A program made the translations under genes and the position numbers. Positions 1 through 7,981 of a stretch of 45,822 nucleotides of DNA are shown piece after piece (position 1 is the first letter of the stretch; each line of letters opens with the position of its first letter). Below the pieces are notes generated by a model, which was given only the letters and a program-made list of their open reading frames with translations, had not been told where the DNA came from and searched no databases. Origin of the DNA: Acidimicrobiia bacterium (lineage in GTDB: Bacteria; Actinomycetota; Acidimicrobiia; Spongiisociales; ZC4RG35); NCBI GenBank assembly GCA_037969415.1, contig JBBKXI010000166.1, forward strand, positions 1 to 45,822, given 5' to 3'.

Positions 1-48
1 GGCGACGACGCCGCCGAGCAGCGCCCCCTTGAATTCCGAACTCCAACC

Positions 49-66
49 CTCCGTCATCGGACGGAG
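49..66 (-). terminator. Candidate stem-loop terminator downstream of the lipoprotein pair
   Basis: CTCCGTC-ATCG-GACGGAG is a perfect 7-bp stem with a 4-nt loop. It lies about 87 nt past the stop at 153. There is no clean U-tract. Confidence 0.35.
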
Positions 67-152
67 CCTACCCAGCCGATGAGGTTGCCAAACGACCGCA
101 ACTCGCACGCGGCGAACAGAATCCCAGCCGGAGTTGCCAGATCATCAGCATC

Positions 153-1814
153 TCACGGAAAGTCGATTGCTGGAACCAATCGCCAGGCGTCGAATGTCTG
201 AAAGTCGCGCATGCCCCAGGAGAGAAACTCGGTTCCAGTCCAGATGGTGTTGAAGTCGTAGCTCTGGCCGGGGAACTGGATCATCGTCCACTCCTCGGTG
301 ATAGCGTCGAAAATCGCACCCTCGACCCATCGTGGCACCATGAAATGGTCGTCATCCATGAGAACCGGACCCGACGGACCTTCCATCCCACCCAACGAGA
401 CGGCCGGAATGGGACGCCAAGCGGTGTTATCGGGTGAAAAACCAAATGAAGTATACCCCAATTCTTCCCACACAATGAGCGAGTCACCAGCTGCGGCAGT
501 CTGATTGGCAAGCGAGCACGAAAGTTCGGATGGAGCCGGTAGAGCGTCCCATTGCTCTCCGACGACCTTGGAAAAGTCCATGCCAAAACACCGCCCACCG
601 GAGACGACGATGGCGAAGACCTCTCCGCCAACCGATCGCAAGACGCCAAAGTAAGCGTCTGAGTGAGCGGGACTGGGGTCGGGAGCTGGGAAGACGCGCC
701 ATTCACCGGTAGCAACCTCAAGGACATGGAAATCGACCGTCCCGTCCCAGACATAGATACTGCCATCGAGGTAGAGCATCCGGTCTGGCGCCGAGTCGGG
801 AACCATGCCCTCAGCAGTGATAATCCGCCATGAATCCGTGATGGGGTCGTATCCAAAAACGCCATCAGGAGACAGAACCAGCATCTCGTCTTGTCCCCAC
901 GCAGCGCGGGTCTGCCTTGGGAAGGCCAACGGAATCGGCTCCAACATACGCCATTCATTGGTCTCGGGGTCGAAGGCGGCGCCAAGGTCTTCTGGCATAG
1001 GCAGGGTATCGAGTCCTTCGGTGCCTCCCCAGACGATCATGTCTTCACCGGTCCAGATCAGGTCCGCACCCTGACGAGGGGAAAGTGGTCCGGGATCGAG
1101 GTAGTTGGGGTCGACGAGAGGCCGAGGGGCCGGCGACTCGATAAAGACCTCGAGGTTCTCCCAGGCTTCGGCGGGAATCTCTTGTGTATCAATCGGAATC
1201 ACCTGTACTGCCCGGGTTTCACTGCAAGCTGCCGCCAGGCCGTCACAACCCCGGCGAACTGTGAACGAGTGATATGCGACCTGCATGGCCGCCGGGAGTT
1301 CAAAATCCTCAGCCCACCGAAACGGAGGCTTCAAATTGAAAACCGGAAAGAGATCGAGAAGTGTTGTCCCGGTGATCGACTCTCTGATGATTTCCTCAGC
1401 GTCATCACCAAGCTCTTGGAGGATGTGGTCATAGAAATCGATGTATGCGGCCCCTCCGGCCGGTACCCGGTATACGTCATCCTCGAACGAGTAGCCGAGT
1501 TCGGTGTCGCCGGCCGGGAACGTACCGATCCCTATCGCATTGACACCGAGGACAATCGACGCATCGATGAATTGAATGGTCTCGCCAACCACCCCTTCGA
1601 TGAAGACGGTGTACTCGGTTCCATCGGGGAGGAAACCGTGGTACTCCGAAGAACGTTCGGGTGCCCGCGGGATGGTCGGAGCTGTTGTAGTTGTCGGACC
1701 GATCGGTTCCGGAGGCGGAAGAATGTCAATGGTCGTTGTGGTTGGCGCCGTCACCGGTTCACAGGCGACAATTAGCAAGCAGAACGTGGCCGCGAGGAGA
1801 CGGCTCCGTCTCAT
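153..1814 (-). CDS. Lipoprotein, unknown N-terminal domain plus Kelch-like beta-propeller (paralog B)
   Basis: The ORF 153..1862 was trimmed to the ATG at 1814 (MRRSRLLAATFCLLIVAC, signal peptide plus lipobox LIVAC). A T/P-rich linker follows. The C-terminal ~300 aa carry repeated W-x-G / DP-x-T-x-x-W blades (IWTGEDMIVWGG ... FDPETNEWRML ... IWTGTEFLSWG). It is collinear with the upstream paralog. Confidence 0.7.
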   Translation of the reverse strand: MRRSRLLAATFCLLIVACEPVTAPTTTTIDILPPPEPIGPTTTTAPTIPRAPERSSEYHGFLPDGTEYTVFIEGVVGETIQFIDASIVLGVNAIGIGTFPAGDTELGYSFEDDVYRVPAGGAAYIDFYDHILQELGDDAEEIIRESITGTTLLDLFPVFNLKPPFRWAEDFELPAAMQVAYHSFTVRRGCDGLAAACSETRAVQVIPIDTQEIPAEAWENLEVFIESPAPRPLVDPNYLDPGPLSPRQGADLIWTGEDMIVWGGTEGLDTLPMPEDLGAAFDPETNEWRMLEPIPLAFPRQTRAAWGQDEMLVLSPDGVFGYDPITDSWRIITAEGMVPDSAPDRMLYLDGSIYVWDGTVDFHVLEVATGEWRVFPAPDPSPAHSDAYFGVLRSVGGEVFAIVVSGGRCFGMDFSKVVGEQWDALPAPSELSCSLANQTAAAGDSLIVWEELGYTSFGFSPDNTAWRPIPAVSLGGMEGPSGPVLMDDDHFMVPRWVEGAIFDAITEEWTMIQFPGQSYDFNTIWTGTEFLSWGMRDFQTFDAWRLVPAIDFP

Positions 1815-3502
1815 GACGTGTCGTCTCCCCCCGCGAATCCCAATGGCGGCGTGAACCGCCACGCATCGAAGGATTCGTAGATGCCCCAGGCCAGGAACTC
1901 CTCACCTGTCCATACGATCTCGGCGTCGGTGCCGCTGCCCGGGAGGAGGATCTCTGTCCATTCTTCCGTGCGGGCATCAAAGATGGCGCCCCGCCCGTAT
2001 TCCGGAACCATGAACCGATCGACATCCATTGCGACGCCGCCCGACGCCCCATCACTTCCCCCGAGCGGTGCTGGCGGTAGTTCGTGCCATTCGTTATGGA
2101 AAGGTTTGTACGCCATTGTCGGATGGTCGAGATCCTCCCAGATGAACAGATCGTTGCTGACCGCGGCCGATTGGGCTGGGATCGAGCAGTCCGGCACCAC
2201 CGGTGTCGCAAGTGAAACCTCGGGCAGCGGTTGCCATGACTCGCCGGCGAGCTGCCAGAAGCCTCTGCTCTGGCACGCGCTGCTAAGAGTTATCGCCACC
2301 AAGCGATCACTGACCACGCGCAGCACTCCCGCCCAAGCCTCAGTGAAACCTGCGATTTCGTCGGGAGCCGGAATGGTCTCCCACATACCGACGTTGAGGT
2401 CCATTCGATGCATCGAAAATGCTCGGTCCCACAGGTACACGGCACGATCGAGATAGACCATCCGGTCGTTCGACTCCACCGGGGCCAAACCCAGACCAAT
2501 TTCCCGCCACCCATCTGATCTGGGGTTGTAGCCAAAAGTTCCGTCTACGGAGACCACAACCATTTCGTCTTCAGCCCATACGGCCCTTGCTTCGGTTCTG
2601 CGGTCAAGAGGAATCGGAGAAATCGTCCTCCACTGGCTCGTTTCCGGGTCGAACGCGGCGCCATCGATGAGGTTGGGCACACCGTCGCGGTTCTCCTTGC
2701 CACCCCAAACAAGCATCTCCTCGCCGGTCCACATCAACTGCGCCGAGTTCCGTTCGGTTAGCGGACCCGGGTCGAGATAGCTGGGGTCGAACACCGGCCT
2801 TGGCGAGGTAGTGTCGAGGGTCATCCCCTCAACCTGAAGATCGGAAAGGCCCGCCCCGCCCACAAATATGTCATCCGCAGAAATCACCTGGACAGCGTTG
2901 TTGCTCGTGCAGCGGGCCGCCTCGGGCCAACAACCTGTAGCCACCACGAAGGATACATACCTCAGTTGGGGGTCGGCACCCGACCAGGTATATGGCTCGG
3001 AAAGGTCGACTACGGGAAAATCATCGATGGTGGACAGCTCGATCCCAGCGACGCCGTCCGGCAACAACTCAAGATCGGAGACCGTAGTCTCGTCGAAGAT
3101 TACTTCCACCAGCCACGGGTCGGCCCACATCCGGAGAGTCCCGTTGACGTAACCCACTTCCCCGGGATCGAGGACTCTGGTGTACCGGACGTCGCCGACA
3201 GGCAAGATCCCTTCTTCCGTTCGAATGTTGAAGCTTCCTCGGACCAGCATCAGGTTGTCCTCGACCTGGTCGGGGAACTGGGCACGGAAGTTGGTCCCGT
3301 CGGGGAGAACCCCCTGGTAGGTGACCCGCGAGGGCTCGGAAGTCGTTGTCGAATGGGTGAACGGCGGGGTGGTCGATGTCGTAGGCCCGATCGGGTCGGG
3401 CGGAGGGAGCACGTCGGTGGTCGAGGTCGGTGCCGTCACCGGTTCGCAAGCGGCGAGTAGGACCAACAGACCAACAGCGACAATCCATAATCGGGCGCCC
3501 AT
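1811..3502 (-). CDS. Lipoprotein, unknown N-terminal domain plus Kelch-like beta-propeller (paralog A)
   Basis: The signal peptide and lipobox read LLVLLAAC, followed by the same EPVTAPT..LPPP.PIGPTT linker as paralog B. It has the same conserved Cys pair and the same blade motifs (MWTGEEMLVWGG ... FDPETSQWRTI ... VWTGEEFLAWG). Its TGA stop overlaps the ATG of paralog B as ATGA at 1811-1814. Confidence 0.7.
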   Translation of the reverse strand: MGARLWIVAVGLLVLLAACEPVTAPTSTTDVLPPPDPIGPTTSTTPPFTHSTTTSEPSRVTYQGVLPDGTNFRAQFPDQVEDNLMLVRGSFNIRTEEGILPVGDVRYTRVLDPGEVGYVNGTLRMWADPWLVEVIFDETTVSDLELLPDGVAGIELSTIDDFPVVDLSEPYTWSGADPQLRYVSFVVATGCWPEAARCTSNNAVQVISADDIFVGGAGLSDLQVEGMTLDTTSPRPVFDPSYLDPGPLTERNSAQLMWTGEEMLVWGGKENRDGVPNLIDGAAFDPETSQWRTISPIPLDRRTEARAVWAEDEMVVVSVDGTFGYNPRSDGWREIGLGLAPVESNDRMVYLDRAVYLWDRAFSMHRMDLNVGMWETIPAPDEIAGFTEAWAGVLRVVSDRLVAITLSSACQSRGFWQLAGESWQPLPEVSLATPVVPDCSIPAQSAAVSNDLFIWEDLDHPTMAYKPFHNEWHELPPAPLGGSDGASGGVAMDVDRFMVPEYGRGAIFDARTEEWTEILLPGSGTDAEIVWTGEEFLAWGIYESFDAWRFTPPLGFAGGDDTS

Positions 3503-3638
3503 AACGACGTAAACGTACTCCCACAGCCCTCAGTTCCGGCGACTGTGGCTCTTCAACCCAGGGGTTCTTCTCCCGTTTCCGCTTCTTGCTTCCACAAGCG
3601 GGAGGACAATATGAATTTGGGAGCTACTGTCCCCGACC

Positions 3639-4103
3639 ATGAGTCACAAAGTCGCAATCGTCATGGGATCCGGTTCGGACCGCCCGGTCATGGAGAAGGC
3701 CAGCCAGATGCTTGACAGGTTCGGGATCGAGTCGGAAACGAAAGTGCTCTCGGCGCACAAGACACCTGATCAGGCCCTCGAATTTGCCTCCATGGCTGCG
3801 GACAACGGGTTCGAGGTGATCATCGCAGGAGCAGGTAAGGCAGCCCACCTCGCCGGGGTCATGGCCGCGAAATCTCTGCTACCCGTGATCGGCGTCCCCA
3901 TCAACGCTTCTCTGGACGGCATAGACGCACTCCTCGCGACGGTTCAGATGCCGACGGGAATTCCCGTGGCCACGGTCGCCATCGATGCCGCCAACAACGC
4001 TGCACTCCTCGCAGTTGCCATGCTCGCGATCACCGACGATGACCTTCGGGCCAAACTGGCCGCATACCGGGTCGAACTAGCCGAAAAGACTCTGGCCGGT
4101 TAA
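3639..4103 (+). CDS. purE: 5-(carboxyamino)imidazole ribonucleotide mutase PurE
   Basis: The 154-aa product carries KVAIVMGSGSD ... SAHKTP ... IIAGAGKAAHLAGVMAA ... PVIGVP, which is the full-length PurE signature. Confidence 0.95.
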   Translation: MSHKVAIVMGSGSDRPVMEKASQMLDRFGIESETKVLSAHKTPDQALEFASMAADNGFEVIIAGAGKAAHLAGVMAAKSLLPVIGVPINASLDGIDALLATVQMPTGIPVATVAIDAANNAALLAVAMLAITDDDLRAKLAAYRVELAEKTLAG

Positions 4104-4142
4104 TCCACCCTCCTGTGCGGTAAACACACTCACAAACAGAAT

Positions 4143-5321
4143 CTAGACGGGGAGCCGGAACCCGACTTTGCCACCCGGCCCGGGCTCAGCCCAGATCTCA
4201 CCGTCGAGGGCGGTGACAAAGCCGCCGGCGATCGCCAAGCCGAGGCCCGATCCGCCCCGGTCACGAACGCGAGCGGGGTCATTGGTGGCGAACCTGTCGA
4301 AAGCCCTGTCAACAAAATCTGCTTCGAACCCAGGGCCCTGATCGGTGATAAATACAGATGGTGAGCCGTCTTCGCCGACTGTGACTACCACCTCGGCTCC
4401 CTCCGGTGAATGACGTACTGCATTATCAAGGAGATTCCGAAGAACGCGCCCCATAGCAACGGTCCCGCCACTAGCGAGGACCGATCTTGGCGACTCGAGA
4501 CGGAGAGCCACCCCGCGACGGTCAGCCAACGGACGGACCACCTCGATGGCCTCATCGGCCAACTCGGTGAGATCTATCACCGTCAGATCCAGGTCGAACC
4601 CACCGGATTCGATGCGCGCCAACAGATAGATGTCTTCGACCAATGAGGAAAGAACCCCGATCTCGCGCTCCATCGACTCCAAATATCGGTCGGGATCGGC
4701 GGCAACCCCATCCCGCAGCGCTTCTATCGCAGCCCGCAACGAGGCCAGCGGAGTACGCAGGTCGTGCCCGACCGCGGCAAAGAATCGTTGCCGCGCCTCG
4801 ACGTCAAGTGTCCTTACGTGTTCAGCGGCGCCCAGCCTCGCCACCATCGCATCAATCGAGTCGGCCAATCGTCCCACCTCGTCGTGTCTTTCCAGATCGA
4901 TCCTTCGCTCGTAGTCACCCTTGGCAACACCGTCGGCAGCGTCGGCGAGACGCTCGAGGTCATCGGTCAGCGGCTGACTAACCGACAAAGCGAAACCCAC
5001 CGCTGAGACGATCCCGAACCCCAGCACGACCAGCAGCAACGTCACGTCGTGATCGTCCAGGAACATTCGTCCGGCCACGGCTACCACTCCCACCAGGACA
5101 ATCGCGAAAGAAACGATCGAAAGAATTCCGAAAGTCCATCGGATGGAATGCAACGACCGGGAGAATCGTGGCAGCCATATCGCAATGATCCCCATTGTGA
5201 TTGCCATTCCCCCGAAGATCAGCCCCAATTCGAGCCGTTCGCTTTCCTGAGGTTGCATGGTGATTTCGAAGATGGTGAGACCCACCAGAATGCTGGCGAG
5301 ACCCGCGAAAAGCGCCCTCAA
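4143..5321 (-). CDS. Sensor histidine kinase (multi-TM, HAMP, HisKA, HATPase_c)
   Basis: About four N-terminal TM helices with no obvious periplasmic domain. A HAMP-like linker is followed by the H-box AAVGHDLRTPLASL, the N-box LLDNAVRHS and the G-boxes DQGPGF / GGSGLGLAI. The TTG start overlaps the response-regulator stop as TTGA. Confidence 0.9.
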   Translation of the reverse strand: MRALFAGLASILVGLTIFEITMQPQESERLELGLIFGGMAITMGIIAIWLPRFSRSLHSIRWTFGILSIVSFAIVLVGVVAVAGRMFLDDHDVTLLLVVLGFGIVSAVGFALSVSQPLTDDLERLADAADGVAKGDYERRIDLERHDEVGRLADSIDAMVARLGAAEHVRTLDVEARQRFFAAVGHDLRTPLASLRAAIEALRDGVAADPDRYLESMEREIGVLSSLVEDIYLLARIESGGFDLDLTVIDLTELADEAIEVVRPLADRRGVALRLESPRSVLASGGTVAMGRVLRNLLDNAVRHSPEGAEVVVTVGEDGSPSVFITDQGPGFEADFVDRAFDRFATNDPARVRDRGGSGLGLAIAGGFVTALDGEIWAEPGPGGKVGFRLPV

Positions 5322-6040
5322 GGTTCAAACCTGTACCCAACACCCCAGACAGTCCGAATCCATTTTGGATCATGCGGATCTCGCTCAAGCTTGAGCCGGA
5401 GCCTGCGCACATGGACGGTGACTGTGGCTGGATCCTGCCAGTCGGGCGATGAATCCCAGACTCGCTCCAGCAATTGAATCCGGGTGAAAACCTGCCGGGG
5501 CGAACTGCAAAAGTATTCGAGAAGGTCAAATTCCTTGGGAGACAGGTCGACCAGATCCCCATCCACGAAAGTCTCACGGGTCCCGCCATCCACGATCAGC
5601 TCGCCAAAGTCAAACCGTTCGTAGGCAACTTCGTTCCTCTGAAGACGCTTCAGAACCGTCCGCACCCTCGCCGACAGTTCACGCGGTGAGAATGGTTTCA
5701 CCACATAGTCATCAGCGCCGAGTTCAAGCCCGAGGACCCGGTCGGACTCTTCAGACCGGGCGGTTAGAAGAATTACCGGAGTCTCTCTGGTGCGGCGAAG
5801 CTCGCTGAGCACGGTGAAGCCATCGACCTCAGGGAGCATTACATCAAGAATTATCAGGCTCGGGTCAGTTGTATTAATCAACCCGATCGCCTGACTTCCC
5901 GTGCCCGCCTCGAAGACTTTGAACCCTTCCCTGCTGAGATAGGCGCACACCACCTCGCGCACCATCGGTTCGTCATCGACGACGAGGATTCTCTGTCCGG
6001 ATATGGCAGGAGCTGTCATAAACCTCGACGATACGGGCAT
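5318..6040 (-). CDS. OmpR/PhoB-family response regulator
   Basis: The receiver domain reads ILVVDDEP ... DVMLP ... LTAR. The winged-helix output reads LSPKEFDLLEYF ... TVHVRRLRLKL ... IRTVWGVGYRF. The start was set to the ATG at 6040, which is preceded by a TGAGG Shine-Dalgarno-like element. The longest ORF begins at a TTG at 6058. Confidence 0.9.
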   Translation of the reverse strand: MPVSSRFMTAPAISGQRILVVDDEPMVREVVCAYLSREGFKVFEAGTGSQAIGLINTTDPSLIILDVMLPEVDGFTVLSELRRTRETPVILLTARSEESDRVLGLELGADDYVVKPFSPRELSARVRTVLKRLQRNEVAYERFDFGELIVDGGTRETFVDGDLVDLSPKEFDLLEYFCSSPRQVFTRIQLLERVWDSSPDWQDPATVTVHVRRLRLKLERDPHDPKWIRTVWGVGYRFEP

Positions 6041-6059
6041 TTTTACAACCTCAGCCAAA

Positions 6060-6087
6060 GGTTTCGCATTCGTTCAGAATTGGTTTC
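6060..6087. promoter_or_regulatory. Direct repeat GGTTTC-N16-GGTTTC in the response-regulator/spondin divergent spacer
   Basis: GGTTTC occurs at 6060-6065 and 6082-6087, 22 nt start to start (about two helical turns). It lies between the response-regulator start and the spondin start. Confidence 0.25.
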
Positions 6088-6147
6088 CTCCTGTGCAAGA
6101 TCTATCCCCGATTCTGGATGTTGGGACATAAACCAGGAGGAAACTCA

Positions 6148-6834
6148 ATGCCCAGAATGAAGAAACTACTCATATTGGCCGTGGCCACCGCCGTCGCACT
6201 TTCAACGTTGGCGCTAACGGCGTCGGCTGAGTCGGTACGAAGGTACGAAGTTACGGTTACCAACCTGACAACAGGACAGATAATGACGCCATATGTCGTG
6301 GCCACACACGATGACTCGTATCGCCTCTTCGACCGCGGTGTGTATGCCAGCAATGGATTACAGCAAGTCGCAGAAAATGGTGATGTGCCTGTGCTTGTCG
6401 CCGAACTCGCCGCAAATCCGGCGGTTAATGATGTTCAAGTCGCTGCGCCAGCTGCCGGGCCCCCGGTGTTCCCGGGACAATCAGTGTCGGCGGTAGTTGA
6501 GGCAGCCTCCGCCAGTCGATACCTCAGTGTTGCGGGAATGTTGATCTGTACCAATGATGGTTTCGGAGGAGTATCCGGCGTGAAGCTTCCCAACCAAAGC
6601 AAAACGGTCTACGCCTACGCGTGGGACGCCGGGACAGAAATCAACACGGAGTCATATTCTGATCTGGTTCCTCCGTGTGACGGGTCGGGGCTGAGCGGGA
6701 TGACCAATCCTGCGTTGTCTGAGAACGCCACAGTGCATCGACACAGAGGGATACTCGGCGGGGCGGACCTCGACCCCGCAGTCCACGGCTGGACACGAGC
6801 GGTTCTCAGAATTGAGATTGAGCGGATCCACTGA
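6148..6834 (+). CDS. Secreted Spondin_N-domain protein
   Basis: AGGAGG at 6135-6140 lies 7 nt upstream of the ATG at 6148. The signal peptide is MPRMKKLLILAVATAVALSTLALTASA. The mature part (YEVTVTNLTTGQIMTPYVVATH ... AENGD ... MLICTNDGFGG) matches the bacterial Spondin N-terminal domain pattern as I recall it. Confidence 0.7.
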   Translation: MPRMKKLLILAVATAVALSTLALTASAESVRRYEVTVTNLTTGQIMTPYVVATHDDSYRLFDRGVYASNGLQQVAENGDVPVLVAELAANPAVNDVQVAAPAAGPPVFPGQSVSAVVEAASASRYLSVAGMLICTNDGFGGVSGVKLPNQSKTVYAYAWDAGTEINTESYSDLVPPCDGSGLSGMTNPALSENATVHRHRGILGGADLDPAVHGWTRAVLRIEIERIH

Positions 6835-6854
6835 ACGACAAATCGTCAAGTCTT

Positions 6855-6883
6855 AGAGGGGGCCGCACTTAGCGGCCCCCTCT
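6855..6883 (+). terminator. Intrinsic-type terminator hairpin after the spondin gene
   Basis: AGAGGGGGCCGC-ACTTA-GCGGCCCCCTCT is a perfect 12-bp GC-rich stem starting 21 nt after the stop. Confidence 0.7.
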
Positions 6884-6975
6884 TGAGGTTCTACGAGCGG
6901 TAATGCGGGGTCCTGCGGCAAAACCCCTGGTCAGAGGTAGAAGCAGATGGGGGCCATACGACCCATGCAATGATT

Positions 6976-6999
6976 GACTAGTCACGTCGATAACTAGTC
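6976..6999. promoter_or_regulatory. Twin ACTAGTC boxes abutting the Flp-like gene start
   Basis: GACTAGTC (6976-6983) is a perfect 8-bp palindrome. AACTAGTC (6992-6999) lies 16 nt downstream and ends 1 nt before the ATG at 7001. The patch is AT-rich in a GC-rich genome and also contains TTGACT at 6974-6979. Confidence 0.35.
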
Positions 7000-7000
7000 C

Positions 7001-7468
7001 ATGGATGTTCGAAAACTGTGCGAAGGCGACAGAGGTGCCGGGCTCGTTGAATACGCTCTGGTGGTCCTTCTGATCGGAATTGTCTCGATGGTCGCCGTGC
7101 GCTCTCTCGGTGAAGAAACATCCGACACTTTCATGGCGATTGGCGATGGGGTCAGTGCTTCCGAAGAGGTGGAGGACGATATGAGCCCTGATGAGAAGTC
7201 TGACCAGGCCAAAGGCGACTACGACGCAGCGATAGAGGATGCAAAGTCAGCGAAGGCGGCAGCCAACGACAAAGCGAAAGCAGACTACGACGCAGCCGTC
7301 CAGTCCAATAACGATCTGCCCAAGGCCGAGAAAAACGCAGCCAACAAGGAAGCAAAAGCCAACTACAACGAGGCGAAGTCGACGAACAACGACAACTACA
7401 AGTCGAGCGTCGCTGCCGCCAAGGCAACGCGGGACGCAGCGAAGGCTGAGTACAAAGACACCAAGTAG
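7001..7468 (+). CDS. Flp/Fap-type pilin N-terminus fused to a ~100-aa Lys/Ala/Asp/Asn-rich repeat tail
   Basis: The N-terminus MDVRKLCEGDRG-AGLVEYALVVLLIGIVSMVAVRSLG fits the Flp prepilin G/xxxxEY motif plus a hydrophobic helix. The tail has repeated AK(A/G)(D/N)Y(D/N)(A/E)A units. The 14-mer GACTACGACGCAGC occurs exactly at 7217 and again at 7283. Confidence 0.65.
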   Translation: MDVRKLCEGDRGAGLVEYALVVLLIGIVSMVAVRSLGEETSDTFMAIGDGVSASEEVEDDMSPDEKSDQAKGDYDAAIEDAKSAKAAANDKAKADYDAAVQSNNDLPKAEKNAANKEAKANYNEAKSTNNDNYKSSVAAAKATRDAAKAEYKDTK

Positions 7469-7505
7469 CCGGCGTTACCCGGCGCCCTCAGCGGAGTGCT
7501 AGGGC

Positions 7506-7544
7506 AAATTCCGGATAGCTCCGATCGGAGCGACACAGGAATTT
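7506..7544. terminator. Two-tier hairpin between convergent genes (candidate bidirectional terminator)
   Basis: The outer stem is AAATTCC (7506-7512) paired with GGAATTT (7538-7544). It encloses the perfect 14-nt palindrome GCTCCGATCGGAGC (7518-7531). The hairpin abuts the stop of the minus-strand gene at 7545. Confidence 0.5.
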
Positions 7545-7916
7545 CTATAGCCGAAAGCGCTCTGTCACCAACTCGACGAGCCGTACAGGAGCGACGGTCA
7601 GATAGGCGTCGATCACAAGCTCGCCGACCTCAGTCCAATTCGGTTGTCGGTCAATTCGAACACCGATCCATCCACGGTGACCGACATAAGGCGGCACGAA
7701 GAACATCTCAGGGTCGGACTCGACGTGAATTCTCTGAGAACCTTCGGGAGCGGCGCACCAAATTGCGAGCCGATCCTCGTCGTGATGATGATCATCGAGG
7801 GAGACAAACTGCTTCCCTTTGATGATGAACCACGACGGCTCACCATGACTTATCCGCTCCTCCGTCTCAGGTAGACCCAGGCAAGCCCTTCGAACATTCT
7901 CAACCGGCGACATCAA
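7545..7916 (-). CDS. MmcQ/YjbR-family protein
   Basis: The 123-aa product has C..LPE..E..SHGEPSWFIIKGKQF ... PPYVGHRGWIGVRID, a pattern typical of the YjbR/MmcQ family. Confidence 0.7.
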   Translation of the reverse strand: MMSPVENVRRACLGLPETEERISHGEPSWFIIKGKQFVSLDDHHHDEDRLAIWCAAPEGSQRIHVESDPEMFFVPPYVGHRGWIGVRIDRQPNWTEVGELVIDAYLTVAPVRLVELVTERFRL

Positions 7917-7981
7917 TTCATCATGCCCTAATCATCATTCAATGTGTCCGAAATGCCCGGGCCGGATACCATCACCGACAC

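Noticed and set aside
1-57. Possible minus-strand gene start at the left edge (ATG at 57-55, giving MTEGWSSEFKGALLGGVVA...).
   Set aside because: Only 19 codons are visible and there is no ribosome-binding site. The ATG sits in the loop of the 49-66 hairpin. It cannot be supported from this window.
891-1775. Long antisense or shadow ORFs opposite real genes: 891-1775(+), 12625-13401(-), 17354-18004(-), 24280-24918(-), 33057-33881(-) and 44637-45362(+).
   Set aside because: Their translations are low-complexity and Arg/Pro/Gly/Val-rich, with no motifs. Each lies opposite a gene with clear family signatures, and 33057-33881 even crosses a gene boundary. These are typical stop-codon-poor antisense frames of GC-rich DNA.
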